From NCBI GenBank assembly GCA_963714015.1, contig OY970223.1:864001-928000 (forward strand): a stretch of 64,000 nt of DNA. Direction: 5' to 3'. Each line of letters opens with the position of its first letter. Position 1 is the stretch's first letter. The position numbers were made by a program, and so were the translations under genes. The notes under the pieces are model-generated. The model did no database searches. It worked only from the letters and a program-made list of their open reading frames with translations, and was not told the DNA's origin. Positions 1-8,766 of the stretch are shown here, piece by piece. This DNA comes from Vulcanimicrobiota bacterium (lineage in GTDB: Bacteria > Vulcanimicrobiota > Vulcanimicrobiia > Vulcanimicrobiales > Vulcanimicrobiaceae).

Positions 1-382
1 GTTCCGTATAAGGAAGCGCAATGCGAAGTTCGGCGTGCGAGACGTTGACCGCGCGAAGCAGCTCGGGCGCAAACAAAGCCCCCAACGCGCCAAGCACCAT
101 GCCGGCAAAGATCGAACCCAGCACCGCTTGGGTGACGATCCGATGCAGCCGGTCCGTCTCTCCGGCAGCCTTGGCTCGCGAGACAGCGATCATTACGCCT
201 GCGGAGCATCCCGAAAACAACGCGTAGCCCGCCGCTGCAAATGTTAGCGGAGCCGCCGCCGCGCCGAGGGCGTCGACGCCCAGGTGGCCCAGTACGAAGA
301 GCGCGGCCGCATTGCCCCCTAAGAGAAGGGCTTGCGTGCCGAGCAGCGGCAACGAATAAAGTAAGACCTGCCGGAGCACCAT
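1..382 (-). CDS. MATE family efflux transporter, N-terminal part (runs off window edge)
   Basis: Manual translation from ATG at 382: MVLRQVLLYSLPLLG...LGHLGVDALGAAAA...GVMIAVSRAKAAGETDRLHRIVTQA, a typical MATE N-terminus. Not in the ORF track because there is no stop in the window. Confidence 0.75.
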   Translation of the reverse strand, partial: MVLRQVLLYSLPLLGTQALLLGGNAAALFVLGHLGVDALGAAAAPLTFAAAGYALFSGCSAGVMIAVSRAKAAGETDRLHRIVTQAVLGSIFAGMVLGALGALFAPELLRAVNVSHAELRIALPYTE

Positions 383-446
383 GCTCGCCTTTGAGTTGTA
401 CCGGGGGCCTCTCCTTGCGGCCGTGAGAATTTTTCGCCCAAAGGGC

Positions 447-474
447 TTGACATCACGTACTGATATGCTATTGT
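447..474 (+). promoter_or_regulatory. sigma70-type promoter for the GntR-ABC operon
   Basis: TTGACA (447-452), 16-bp spacer, extended -10 TGcTATTGT (466-474). Confidence 0.7.
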
Positions 475-492
475 ACTAGTGTACTAGTACAA
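471..492. promoter_or_regulatory. YtrA-type GntR operator (perfect inverted repeat)
   Basis: TTGTACTAGT-GT-ACTAGTACAA overlaps the -10/+1 region upstream of a YtrA-subfamily GntR. Confidence 0.85.
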
Positions 493-534
493 CAGCAGAT
501 TGGTACTAGACGCCACCAGAGAGGTTCCACGAAC

Positions 535-651
535 ATGACAATCCGCACCAACCGTCAAGTCCCCACCAGCCTCGGCGAAAACCGCCGTCCCGCCTTCCCG
601 ATAGACCAGCAGTCCGGCAGCCTGTTCCTCGGCTGGGGCCCGAAGATCTAA
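535..651 (+). CDS. small ORF, 38 aa (MTIRTNRQVPTSLGENRRPAFPIDQQSGSLFLGWGPKI)
   Basis: AGAGAGG SD-like sequence upstream. Fills the gap between the promoter and gntR and stops 14 nt before the gntR ATG. Confidence 0.55.
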   Translation: MTIRTNRQVPTSLGENRRPAFPIDQQSGSLFLGWGPKI

Positions 652-665
652 CCGGTTCAGCCATC

Positions 666-1064
666 ATGCCGGCAGTGCTTACGGTCGACCCGCGCAGCGG
701 TGTTCCGATCTACCTACAAATCATCGAGCAGGTAAAACGTTCGGTAGCGCTCGGGGTCCTAGCGGCCGGAGAGCAACTGCCCACCGTCAAGCAGCTGGCA
801 CTCGATTTGACCGTCAATCCAAATACCGTCGCCCGAGCGTACCGCGAGCTCGAACGGGACTCGATCATCGAAACCTCGCCGGGTCGCGGCTCCTTCGTCC
901 GCGGTAACGGCACAGTCGAATCGGCGCACTCCGCTGCAAGCGACGTAACCGCAGAAGCCCTGATGCAATCCGTGCGCGAAGCCCGGTCGATTGGATTGAG
1001 CGCGCCGCATGTGCGAGCACTTTTCGAGTCCGCGCTGGCGCGGTGGTTTTCGGAGGAAAAATGA
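666..1064 (+). CDS. GntR family transcriptional regulator, YtrA subfamily
   Basis: PIYLQIIEQ...GEQLPTVKQLALDLTVNPNTVARAYRELE...GRGSFV wHTH with a short C-terminus, followed by an ABC ATPase. Confidence 0.95.
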   Translation: MPAVLTVDPRSGVPIYLQIIEQVKRSVALGVLAAGEQLPTVKQLALDLTVNPNTVARAYRELERDSIIETSPGRGSFVRGNGTVESAHSAASDVTAEALMQSVREARSIGLSAPHVRALFESALARWFSEEK

Positions 1065-1961
1065 GCATCACGATCGATCGCCTTACGAAACGGTACGGCA
1101 AGTTCACCGCGGTCGATGACGTGTCGATCGAGATCCCGAGCGGTTCGGTGTTCGGCTTACTCGGCCCCAACGGGGCGGGCAAGACGACGACCTTCAAATG
1201 CGCGCTCGGCCTTGCGTTTCCGACGTCGGGAATCGTGCTCTTCGACGGCAAGCCCCTTACGCCGCGTACTTTTGAGAATCTAGCTTACGTTCCCGAACGG
1301 AGCGTGCTGTGGGACTGGCTCACCGGGGCCGAGCATCTGGAGATGCAGCGTCTGACCTTTCGCCGCTTCAATGCAAAGCGCGCCGCCGAACTGATGGAGC
1401 TCTTCCAACTCGATCCGCGCAAGCGCGTCTCCAAAATGTCGAAAGGCATGCGCACGGCGCTTTCGGTCGTCATGGCATTCGCTTTGGAACCGGAGCTGCA
1501 TGGTGCTCGACGAGCCGACGAGCGGTTTGGATCCGATCAATCAGCGCTCGGTCCTCAAACTCATCATCGACGCGTCGGCGCAAGGCAGCACGATCGTTTT
1601 GTCGTCGCACCAAATCGGACAGGTGGAACGCGCCGCGGACCATATTGCCGTACTTAAACACGGTAAGGTTGCGCTCGCCGGAGCGGTCGACGATCTGAAG
1701 GCCGATTCAAAGGTAGTCGAAGTCATCTTTGAGTCCGAGGCAATGCCGCTCAACGGATTAGCCGAAGACTCCAGAATCACGCGTCTGGAGCGGACGGGGC
1801 GCATTCTGCGCCTCACGGTCAATGCCGGCAGCGAGTCCATCGCAAAGCAGCTTTCCAGTATGGGCGCACGATCGGTGCGCGTTGTGGACCTCAACCTGGA
1901 GGACATCTTCTTGAACGCCGTCGATCCGGGTTACGCCGCCGACGTCGTGGAGTCACGCTAA
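1061..1961 (+). CDS. ABC-2 type transporter ATP-binding protein (frameshift near 1499)
   Basis: Walker A GPNGAGKT and signature MSKGM in one frame; Walker B VLDEP and SSH switch in the next frame after an extra C (gagctg-c-atggtg). Confidence 0.9.
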
Positions 1962-2980
1962 TGTACTACTACGTCGAATACATGCGCGCCAAGCGGGCGA
2001 TGCGCGTGATCGCGATCATTCTTGGCGTCATCGTGGTTGCGCTTGGTATCGGACGCATTTGGATGATGAAGTATCCTTCGCCCGAGTCGTTCGCTGCGAT
2101 GTTCGAGAGCACGTCCGGCGCGCATGTCACGCAGACGACCCTGCCCGGCGGAATGAAAGAAACCGTCGTGAACGATCCGGTCAAGCGGGTGCACACCGTC
2201 ATCGACCGTAAAGGCGATTATCTTCGGATCCAGTTCACGGAACCCGACTCGATCTACGAGCAGCAGCCCCACGACATCTTCTCGCCGGACGACGACCGCC
2301 AAACTGTGTCGGTCAACCACGGAATCGCGCACGGCACCTATTTGGTTCGTCAACACAACACCTTCGACGTGAGCGGCGTCCTGCAGATCTCGATGATCAT
2401 CGCCCTCATTACGGCTACACTGCTCGCGGCGCCGCTAACCAAGGAGAACGACGGCCATCTGGAACTCACATGGACCAAGCCGATCTCGCGAACGGCGTAC
2501 GCATGCGCGTGCGTTGCGGTCGACGCGGCAGCGATCGTCGTTTCTCAAATCTTCACCTTGGTCGTAGCCTTCTGCTGCTACTTGATGTTCGCTTCGCCTG
2601 AAATTCGCCTGACCTCAGTGACCGTCGTGCTGCTCTCGCTGCTCGGTCCTATCGTCTGGTACGCCATGATGACGGCTATCGGCGCAAGCGTCAAGCGCGG
2701 TCCCGGGTTGGTCATCGGGCTTTCGTGGGTCGCGTCGTTCCTCGTCTTCGGAATCGCCAAAGCTTCGGAAGATGCGCAGAGTTCGCTCGGTAGAGTGATC
2801 CATGCGATATCGCAGGGAGTCGCTTACCTCGATCCGCTGGCATACATTACTACGAACAACGGGAATTTCGCCGGCAACGGCGCCGTAACGACCGTTACGG
2901 AAAGCATCGCGGCGCTAATCGTTCTCGCAGTTCTCTACATCGTGTCTGCGGTGCTCCAGTGGCGCCGCGTGGAGGCGTAA
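1961..2980 (+). CDS. ABC transporter permease with extracytoplasmic loop
   Basis: About 6 TM segments and a KENDGHLELTWTKPISR motif; translationally coupled to the ATPase. Confidence 0.8.
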   Translation: MYYYVEYMRAKRAMRVIAIILGVIVVALGIGRIWMMKYPSPESFAAMFESTSGAHVTQTTLPGGMKETVVNDPVKRVHTVIDRKGDYLRIQFTEPDSIYEQQPHDIFSPDDDRQTVSVNHGIAHGTYLVRQHNTFDVSGVLQISMIIALITATLLAAPLTKENDGHLELTWTKPISRTAYACACVAVDAAAIVVSQIFTLVVAFCCYLMFASPEIRLTSVTVVLLSLLGPIVWYAMMTAIGASVKRGPGLVIGLSWVASFLVFGIAKASEDAQSSLGRVIHAISQGVAYLDPLAYITTNNGNFAGNGAVTTVTESIAALIVLAVLYIVSAVLQWRRVEA

Positions 2981-2985
2981 CTCAC

Positions 2986-3147
2986 ATGGAACTCTTTGGT
3001 ACCAACTTCTCGATCACGCTGGGAGCGTGGAAGCTGCGGTTCGTACTGATGCTCGAAGAAACCGATGATTTCAACCGCACAGCATCGACCGCGGCGCGGA
3101 CCCCGCACCACGTGCACGCCTCACAGGATCGTCGCGCTAACGTGTGA
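2986..3147 (+). CDS. small hypothetical protein, 53 aa
   Basis: GGAGG at 2971-2975; ATG 5 nt after the permease stop; MELFGTNFSITLGAWKLRFVLMLEE... Confidence 0.55.
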   Translation: MELFGTNFSITLGAWKLRFVLMLEETDDFNRTASTAARTPHHVHASQDRRANV

Positions 3148-4275
3148 AGGGCCGGCGTACGAGAAGCCGTCTTTGGTCACGCTATAAAAGAAGAGGTTCG
3201 GGTCGACCGGATCGCCGGTCGGCGCGAACAGAAAATCGCCGACCAAGGTATTGTAGGTCGTGCCCGGGGTCTGCAGCGCCGAAAGCGTCGAGAGACGGTT
3301 CATCGCGCCGGTCCGCCGCACGGCGGCTATCGCGATCTGCGCGGCGGCGTAACCGAATGCCGAGACGATCGTGATGTTCGACCGCGTGCGAAAGTTCATC
3401 AGCTGCTGGCCGGCGCCCGGAATGCGGTCGAGCGGCGGAAACGACGTCGACACGTACCCGCCCGAAAAGGCTTTCGCGTAGCGCTGCGGCGGGTCCATAT
3501 TATAGAATCCTTCACAGGCGCCGAATTTGCCGCCGTATCCTGCGGCCAGAAGGGCCGGGATCAGCGGTCCGAGCCGGCCGCTTTCGCCGCACAGAAAAAC
3601 GAAGTCTGGCGAACGCGCCATGACCCTCTTTGCTGCCGCGTCAAAATCGGGTTTGTCGCTTGGAAAGACGTACCCGTCGGCATTCAATTTGGAACTATGC
3701 GCTTGATCCGTAAATCCCGTCATGACGTCGCCGCCGTAAACACCATCTTGCGAAACCGCAATGGCCATCTTCGGGTGAAGACGCCCGTTGATGAAGCGCG
3801 CGAAGAGCTCTCCCTCGGTGTAATCTTTGGTCGGCAGACGCCAAACGACGCGATAGCCCCGCTGCGTGATCGCGTCGGCTGTCGTAGCCGGGACGATGAC
3901 CGGCATCCGCGAATTTGCAAATACCGGAAGCGCCTGCGCGATTTGATCGCCGTCGAATCCGGCGATCATCGCCAGCACTGTCGGATCCGATCCGGCGAAT
4001 TGCACGTTGTTGACGAGCTGCGAGTACAAGCCGGCGTTGTCGAAGGTGCGCAGCGAAAACGCGCTATTGAGCATCGGCGCGAACTGATTCGCGAAATCGA
4101 CCGCTATCTGCACGCCGGTGACGAGCTGCTGCCCGAGCGATTGATTTGGTCCTGAAAGCGGAGCATTTACGCCGATGCTGAGCGGCTGCTGAATTCCGCG
4201 GAACTGCGCGAGTGCCCGCGCCGGCTGCAGCGCCGCAGCCGCAACGCCGGACGCCAAAAAGGAACGTCGTTTCAT
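3121..4275 (-). CDS. branched-chain amino acid (LivK-like) substrate-binding protein, Tat-exported
   Basis: MKRRSFL Tat signal; IGVNAPLSG motif; periplasmic binding protein type I pattern. Confidence 0.85.
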   Translation of the reverse strand: MKRRSFLASGVAAAALQPARALAQFRGIQQPLSIGVNAPLSGPNQSLGQQLVTGVQIAVDFANQFAPMLNSAFSLRTFDNAGLYSQLVNNVQFAGSDPTVLAMIAGFDGDQIAQALPVFANSRMPVIVPATTADAITQRGYRVVWRLPTKDYTEGELFARFINGRLHPKMAIAVSQDGVYGGDVMTGFTDQAHSSKLNADGYVFPSDKPDFDAAAKRVMARSPDFVFLCGESGRLGPLIPALLAAGYGGKFGACEGFYNMDPPQRYAKAFSGGYVSTSFPPLDRIPGAGQQLMNFRTRSNITIVSAFGYAAAQIAIAAVRRTGAMNRLSTLSALQTPGTTYNTLVGDFLFAPTGDPVDPNLFFYSVTKDGFSYAGPSHVSATIL

Positions 4276-4279
4276 GGCT

Positions 4280-5152
4280 TCATCTTAACGCAAACCCGGC
4301 CAGGGTCGTCACCAGGAAGACGACCGAAAATGCCATGTTCGCCGTGAACACCCGCTCGTTCAGGACGAAGACGTTGGCCGCCCGGTCGAAGAGCCGGTGC
4401 TCGTAGACCGTTAGGACGAGCACGGCGGCGACGCCGATCCAATAAACCGGGCCCGCGCCGGCGAGTACACCCGCCGCCGCAAGAAAGACTCCCATGAGCG
4501 CGTGCAGCACCATCGGTAACGACCGGCCGGTGCGCTCGCCGAACCGTGCCGGCACGGAGTTGATTCCCTGCTCGAGATCGATCGGCAGATCCATGAGGGC
4601 GTAGATCACGTCGAATCCGGCGACCCAAACGGTGACCGCCGCAAACAGCAGCACCGCCGGTACCGTAACGGTGCCGGTAATCCCGATGAAAGCTCCGAGC
4701 GGAGCGAGTGCGTCGACCGCGCCCAGTACGAAGTGCGTCATGAACGTGAAGCGCTTGCAGAGCGGATAGGCGAGCACGCCCAGCGCGGCGATCGGCAGCA
4801 GTTTGACGCAGAGCGGATTCAGCTCCCAGGCAGCGACGATAAGCAGCGCGAGCCCAATTACCATCGCCCAAAGCATGACGGCCGGCGACATCTGACCCGC
4901 TGCAAGCGCGCGGCGTGCGGTTCGTGGATTACGCGCGTCGATCTCCCGATCGAAGTACCGATTGGCGGCCATGGCTGCGGTTCGCGCACCCAGAACGGCG
5001 AGGGTAATCCAAACGAGCGCAAGGGGCGAAGGTACGCCGTGCGCGGCAAATACTGCGCCGGTATACGCGAACGGAAGCGCAAAAAGCGTGTGCTCGATGC
5101 GAATCTCTTTAAGGAAAAGGCGGGTGGTGCCCGACATCGTATTTACGCTCAC
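4280..5152 (-). CDS. ubiA: UbiA-family polyprenyltransferase (MqnP-like)
   Basis: EHTLFALPFAY, NRYFDREIDARNPRT and YALMDLPID Asp-rich motifs. Confidence 0.9.
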   Translation of the reverse strand: MSVNTMSGTTRLFLKEIRIEHTLFALPFAYTGAVFAAHGVPSPLALVWITLAVLGARTAAMAANRYFDREIDARNPRTARRALAAGQMSPAVMLWAMVIGLALLIVAAWELNPLCVKLLPIAALGVLAYPLCKRFTFMTHFVLGAVDALAPLGAFIGITGTVTVPAVLLFAAVTVWVAGFDVIYALMDLPIDLEQGINSVPARFGERTGRSLPMVLHALMGVFLAAAGVLAGAGPVYWIGVAAVLVLTVYEHRLFDRAANVFVLNERVFTANMAFSVVFLVTTLAGFALR

Positions 5153-6633
5153 GGCCCTTGCCCCGACCAGCTGTCGCTGCGAAGTGCCGAGCGCAGGCGA
5201 TCCATGCCGTATTCCTTCCAGCGCGAATCCACGAGCAATCGCGTCGCCTCATCCATTACCATGTCGGGCGGCCATTCGCGCATATAGCCTTCACTTGCGT
5301 CCTTGCGTGTTGCGTCGACGCCGATCTTCATTCCGAGCGCCGGCGTATAGGACGCGTGATCGAGATCGTCCACCGGGCCGGGCATCATGACCAGATCCCG
5401 CTGAGCATCCAAGTTGTTCAAAACGAACCAAGCGACTTCGCGCGGGTCCTGCACGTTGACGTCGCTGTCGACGATCACCAGCAGGCGCGTGAGCATCATC
5501 ATGTGACCCAGGCCCCAGAGCGCGTTCATCACTTTTTTGCCGTGCCCGGGATAGGATTTGCGGATCGAGACGATCGCCAGATTATGAAATCCGCCCTCCA
5601 CCGGCAAATTCATGTCTACGATTTCGGGGACGACCATTTGGAGCAGCGGCAGAAAAATGCGCTCCGTGGCTTTGCCGAGCCAAGCATCTTCCATCGGCGG
5701 CTTGCCGACCACCGTCGCCGGGTAAATCGGACTGCGGCGATGCGTGATGCACTGCACGTGAAACGTCGGATAGCGATCGGCCAAACTGTAGACGCCCGTG
5801 TGATCGCCGAACGGTCCTTCCACACGTAAATCCGTATTGTCGACGTAGCCTTCGAGTACGAACTCCGCATCGGCGGGAACCTTCACGTCGATCGTTTTGC
5901 AACAAACCAGTTTCACGGCCTTGCCGCGCAGCAGACCTGCGAACAGAAACTCGTCGACGACCGGCGGCAGCGGCGCCGTGGCGGCGTAGGTCAGTACGGG
6001 ATCTGCGCCGATTGCGACTGCGACGGGGATGCCGTCGCCCCATGCTCGTGCGTGCGCGCGCCCTTGTTTGTGTCGCTGCCAATGCATGGCGGTTTCCCGT
6101 TCATTGTAGACTTGCATCCGGTACATGCCGACGTTGGCGCGTCCGCCGTGCGGATCGTTTGTGATGACGAGCGGGAGCGTGATGAACGGCCCCGCGTCGA
6201 GCGGCCAAGTCGTCAGTACCGGAAGCGCGCGCAAATCGGGCTCGTGGATTACCACGTCTTGGCAGCTGCCGGCGTTCACCGTTTTTGGAATTGCCGAAGC
6301 CAGAGGCGCAAGGTTGAGCAGCTTGCCTATCCGCTCGACGGTCGTCGCGGGAATGGAGAAATCCATCAAACCGCGCAGCCGATCCGCGGCTTCGTCCAGA
6401 GTTTGCGTGCCGAAAACGCGAGCCATACGTGCGCGAGAACCGAATTGATTCGTCAGCACCGGAAAGCGCGATCCTTTGACGTTCGTAAAGAGCAGGGCGG
6501 GACCGCCGGATTTCACGACGCGGGCGGTGATCTCGCTGATCTCCAAATACGGATCGACGGCGGCGTCGATGCGATGCAGTTCGCCGGCGCGATCCAGGGC
6601 CTCGACGAAATCGCGCAGCGAATCGTAAGCCAT
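5149..6633 (-). CDS. ubiD: UbiD-family menaquinone biosynthesis decarboxylase (MqnL-like)
   Basis: NVGMYRMQV, EGPFGDHTG and GKPPMED motifs; adjacent to the UbiA-family gene. Confidence 0.92.
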   Translation of the reverse strand: MAYDSLRDFVEALDRAGELHRIDAAVDPYLEISEITARVVKSGGPALLFTNVKGSRFPVLTNQFGSRARMARVFGTQTLDEAADRLRGLMDFSIPATTVERIGKLLNLAPLASAIPKTVNAGSCQDVVIHEPDLRALPVLTTWPLDAGPFITLPLVITNDPHGGRANVGMYRMQVYNERETAMHWQRHKQGRAHARAWGDGIPVAVAIGADPVLTYAATAPLPPVVDEFLFAGLLRGKAVKLVCCKTIDVKVPADAEFVLEGYVDNTDLRVEGPFGDHTGVYSLADRYPTFHVQCITHRRSPIYPATVVGKPPMEDAWLGKATERIFLPLLQMVVPEIVDMNLPVEGGFHNLAIVSIRKSYPGHGKKVMNALWGLGHMMMLTRLLVIVDSDVNVQDPREVAWFVLNNLDAQRDLVMMPGPVDDLDHASYTPALGMKIGVDATRKDASEGYMREWPPDMVMDEATRLLVDSRWKEYGMDRLRSALRSDSWSGQGP

Positions 6634-6691
6634 CGCGGCCCATTTTGACACGGTTTGGAGTTGTCATGCCGGAGGCGGCGAAAGGGCCGCT

Positions 6692-7051
6692 ATGAAGATC
6701 TTTGCCCTTGCGCTGGCGCTAGCTCTGCCCGTTACCGCTCAGGGCGCCGTGACCGGCGCGCTGAACTCTGCGGTGAACGCCGTGCTGGATGCGGCCGGAA
6801 GCGCGAATACTCAGACGACAAAGGTCGTTCCGATCGTTACGGCCGCCGGCGCGCAGGCCGGATTCGCTCAGATCGTTGGGACGCAAAGGGCAGTCGAGCA
6901 TACCACGGCGGTAGTCGAGGTATCCGCGCCGTCGAGCGTCTCGATCATTGCGCTGATTCCGGTGAGCCGTATCGACGCGCAAGCCGGAACTTTCAACCGT
7001 GAATACGGCGTCGGCATAGACGCGCTCGTCAACTACAACGGAAAGGTTTAA
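6692..7051 (+). CDS. secreted hypothetical protein
   Basis: Sec signal peptide MKIFALALALALPVTAQG and a beta-rich mature part. Confidence 0.7.
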   Translation: MKIFALALALALPVTAQGAVTGALNSAVNAVLDAAGSANTQTTKVVPIVTAAGAQAGFAQIVGTQRAVEHTTAVVEVSAPSSVSIIALIPVSRIDAQAGTFNREYGVGIDALVNYNGKV

Positions 7052-7053
7052 GC

Positions 7054-7344
7054 GTGCAGTTTTTGGCTATCATTCGCCGCCGGACCGAGCAGTTTTCCGA
7101 CGATCAGTTCGCTCCGATCTTGGAGCCCGAGGCCGAGGCGATTCGATCGCTGTACGCACAAGGGATCGTGCGAAACGTTTGGGGGCGCGAGGATGCGCTG
7201 GGCGCGGTAGTTCTTCTGGAATCGGAGTCGCTCGAGCGCGCTCAGGCGATCGTCGCGGGCTTCCCTTTGATGCAGAAGGGGATGCTGGAGCTGCAAATGC
7301 TCGTTCCGCTCAAAGGTTACAGAGGGTTCGGTCCTCGTTCATAA
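7054..7344 (+). CDS. muconolactone isomerase-like / dimeric alpha-beta barrel protein
   Basis: EAEAIRSLYAQGIVRNVW...GAVVLLE...FPL pattern. Confidence 0.7.
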   Translation: MQFLAIIRRRTEQFSDDQFAPILEPEAEAIRSLYAQGIVRNVWGREDALGAVVLLESESLERAQAIVAGFPLMQKGMLELQMLVPLKGYRGFGPRS

Positions 7345-7469
7345 AGGTGACGCAAGAGCAGCAGCTTGCATTCGGTCTCAGTTTCCGCAACACGGGACCT
7401 TCGCCTTCCCAAAACGAGATCGTGCCGCATGACGATTTCGTCTTATCACATGGAGACAATAGCGACGCT

Positions 7470-8312
7470 TTAAGCTTCGAAATTCTTCAGGATTAGCCGG
7501 TCGCGCAGGCGTTCAGGTAAAAGGGCGGCCATTCTGCGCTGCCATGCCGGAGGATTTCCCACAGTGTAGCGCGCACGCGGTTCCCTTGCAGTGAGCGCTT
7601 CATAGACGATCCGGGCGACCGTTTCAGGCGTGATTCCGGTGCGCTCTTCACGTTCGGTAACCCGCACGAGCCGCTCGATCGCCTCGCCGTAGCGTTCTAT
7701 CGCGACCCGCGGCGCCTTTGCGAGCAGATCGTCCTTACGCGCCCGACCCTTCGCCCAAATGGGTGTGTTGACGTTGCTTGGTTCAATGAGACTTACCGGA
7801 ATGGCGAACGGTGCGAGTTCCATGCGCATCGAGTCGGCGAGCGACTCGAGCGCGTGTTTGGAGGAAGCGTAGGGGCCGACGAACGGCGGCGCAATTTGCC
7901 CCGAAATCGAGCTCATGAAGACGATGCGGCCGTTGGCCTTGCGCAGCAGCGGAAGTACCGCTTGAGTTACTGCGAGCGCTCCGAAGACGTTCACCTCGAA
8001 CTGCTTCCGCAGTTCGTCCAGCGAAAGGTACTCCAGCGGTCCGGCGACGGCGATTCCGGCGTTGTTGACGACGCCTGCGAGCGGAATGTTTGCGGCGGCG
8101 ATTGCTTCCGCGGCGGCGGCGATCTGCACGGCGTTCGTAACGTCCAGCAACACCGGTTGAATATCCGCATGCGCTTGCCGCAGTTTTCCGGCATCGGCTT
8201 CGGCCCGCACGCCCGCAAAGACGGTAAAGCCTTTTTGCGCGAGCACCGTCGCGGTCGCGTAGCCTATACCCGTCGAGGCTCCCGTGATTAGTACGCTTTT
8301 TTGAGCATCCAC
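7470..8312 (-). CDS. short-chain dehydrogenase/reductase
   Basis: TGASTGIG, NNAG, YASSK. Confidence 0.95.
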   Translation of the reverse strand: MDAQKSVLITGASTGIGYATATVLAQKGFTVFAGVRAEADAGKLRQAHADIQPVLLDVTNAVQIAAAAEAIAAANIPLAGVVNNAGIAVAGPLEYLSLDELRKQFEVNVFGALAVTQAVLPLLRKANGRIVFMSSISGQIAPPFVGPYASSKHALESLADSMRMELAPFAIPVSLIEPSNVNTPIWAKGRARKDDLLAKAPRVAIERYGEAIERLVRVTEREERTGITPETVARIVYEALTAREPRARYTVGNPPAWQRRMAALLPERLRDRLILKNFEA

Positions 8313-8429
8313 CGGTGGAGCATTGCCCGCAGCGGTTCAGGCGCCTTCCGAAGCAAGGGTCCGGCTTGAGGTTCCAGAAGCCCTTGGAACCAGACGCACT
8401 TGAGTCACTTCGGAAAGGAGATTCGGGTG

Positions 8430-8766
8430 ATGTTTCAAGGCAAAGCCTATGCGTTAATCTTTACGGGCTTATTCGCTCTTGGTACGATGCTTTCAGCGTG
8501 CGGCGGCAACGGTTCTCGGGCGCGTCAAGATCCGCCCGATCCCAAGCCGACAAAGAGTAATCCCATGCACCTTAGCCTCGCGCTGCAGCCGCAGCACACG
8601 TCAATCCTTCGTCAAGCCCTATACAATCTATTTGAATATGACGCCTCCGGCGAAAACGCCCGGCTGTTCTAAAGTGCACGGAACGATTACGTTAACGGGT
8701 AACGACGAAATCGGGGGTAGTCACAAAACTCCCCAGACCAATCTGGATTACTACGTCTGTCATTAA
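8430..8766 (+). CDS. small putative lipoprotein, apparently frameshifted or degraded
   Basis: GGAAAGGAG SD and signal peptide with lipobox LSAC-GG; the plausible continuation (KPYTIYLNM...VHGTITLTG...YYVCH) lies in a different frame. Confidence 0.45.

Noticed and set aside
1490..1510. Programmed ribosomal frameshifting in the ABC ATPase, hemA or hemC
   Set aside because: No slippery sequence or stimulatory structure; the number of similar indels points to sequence error.
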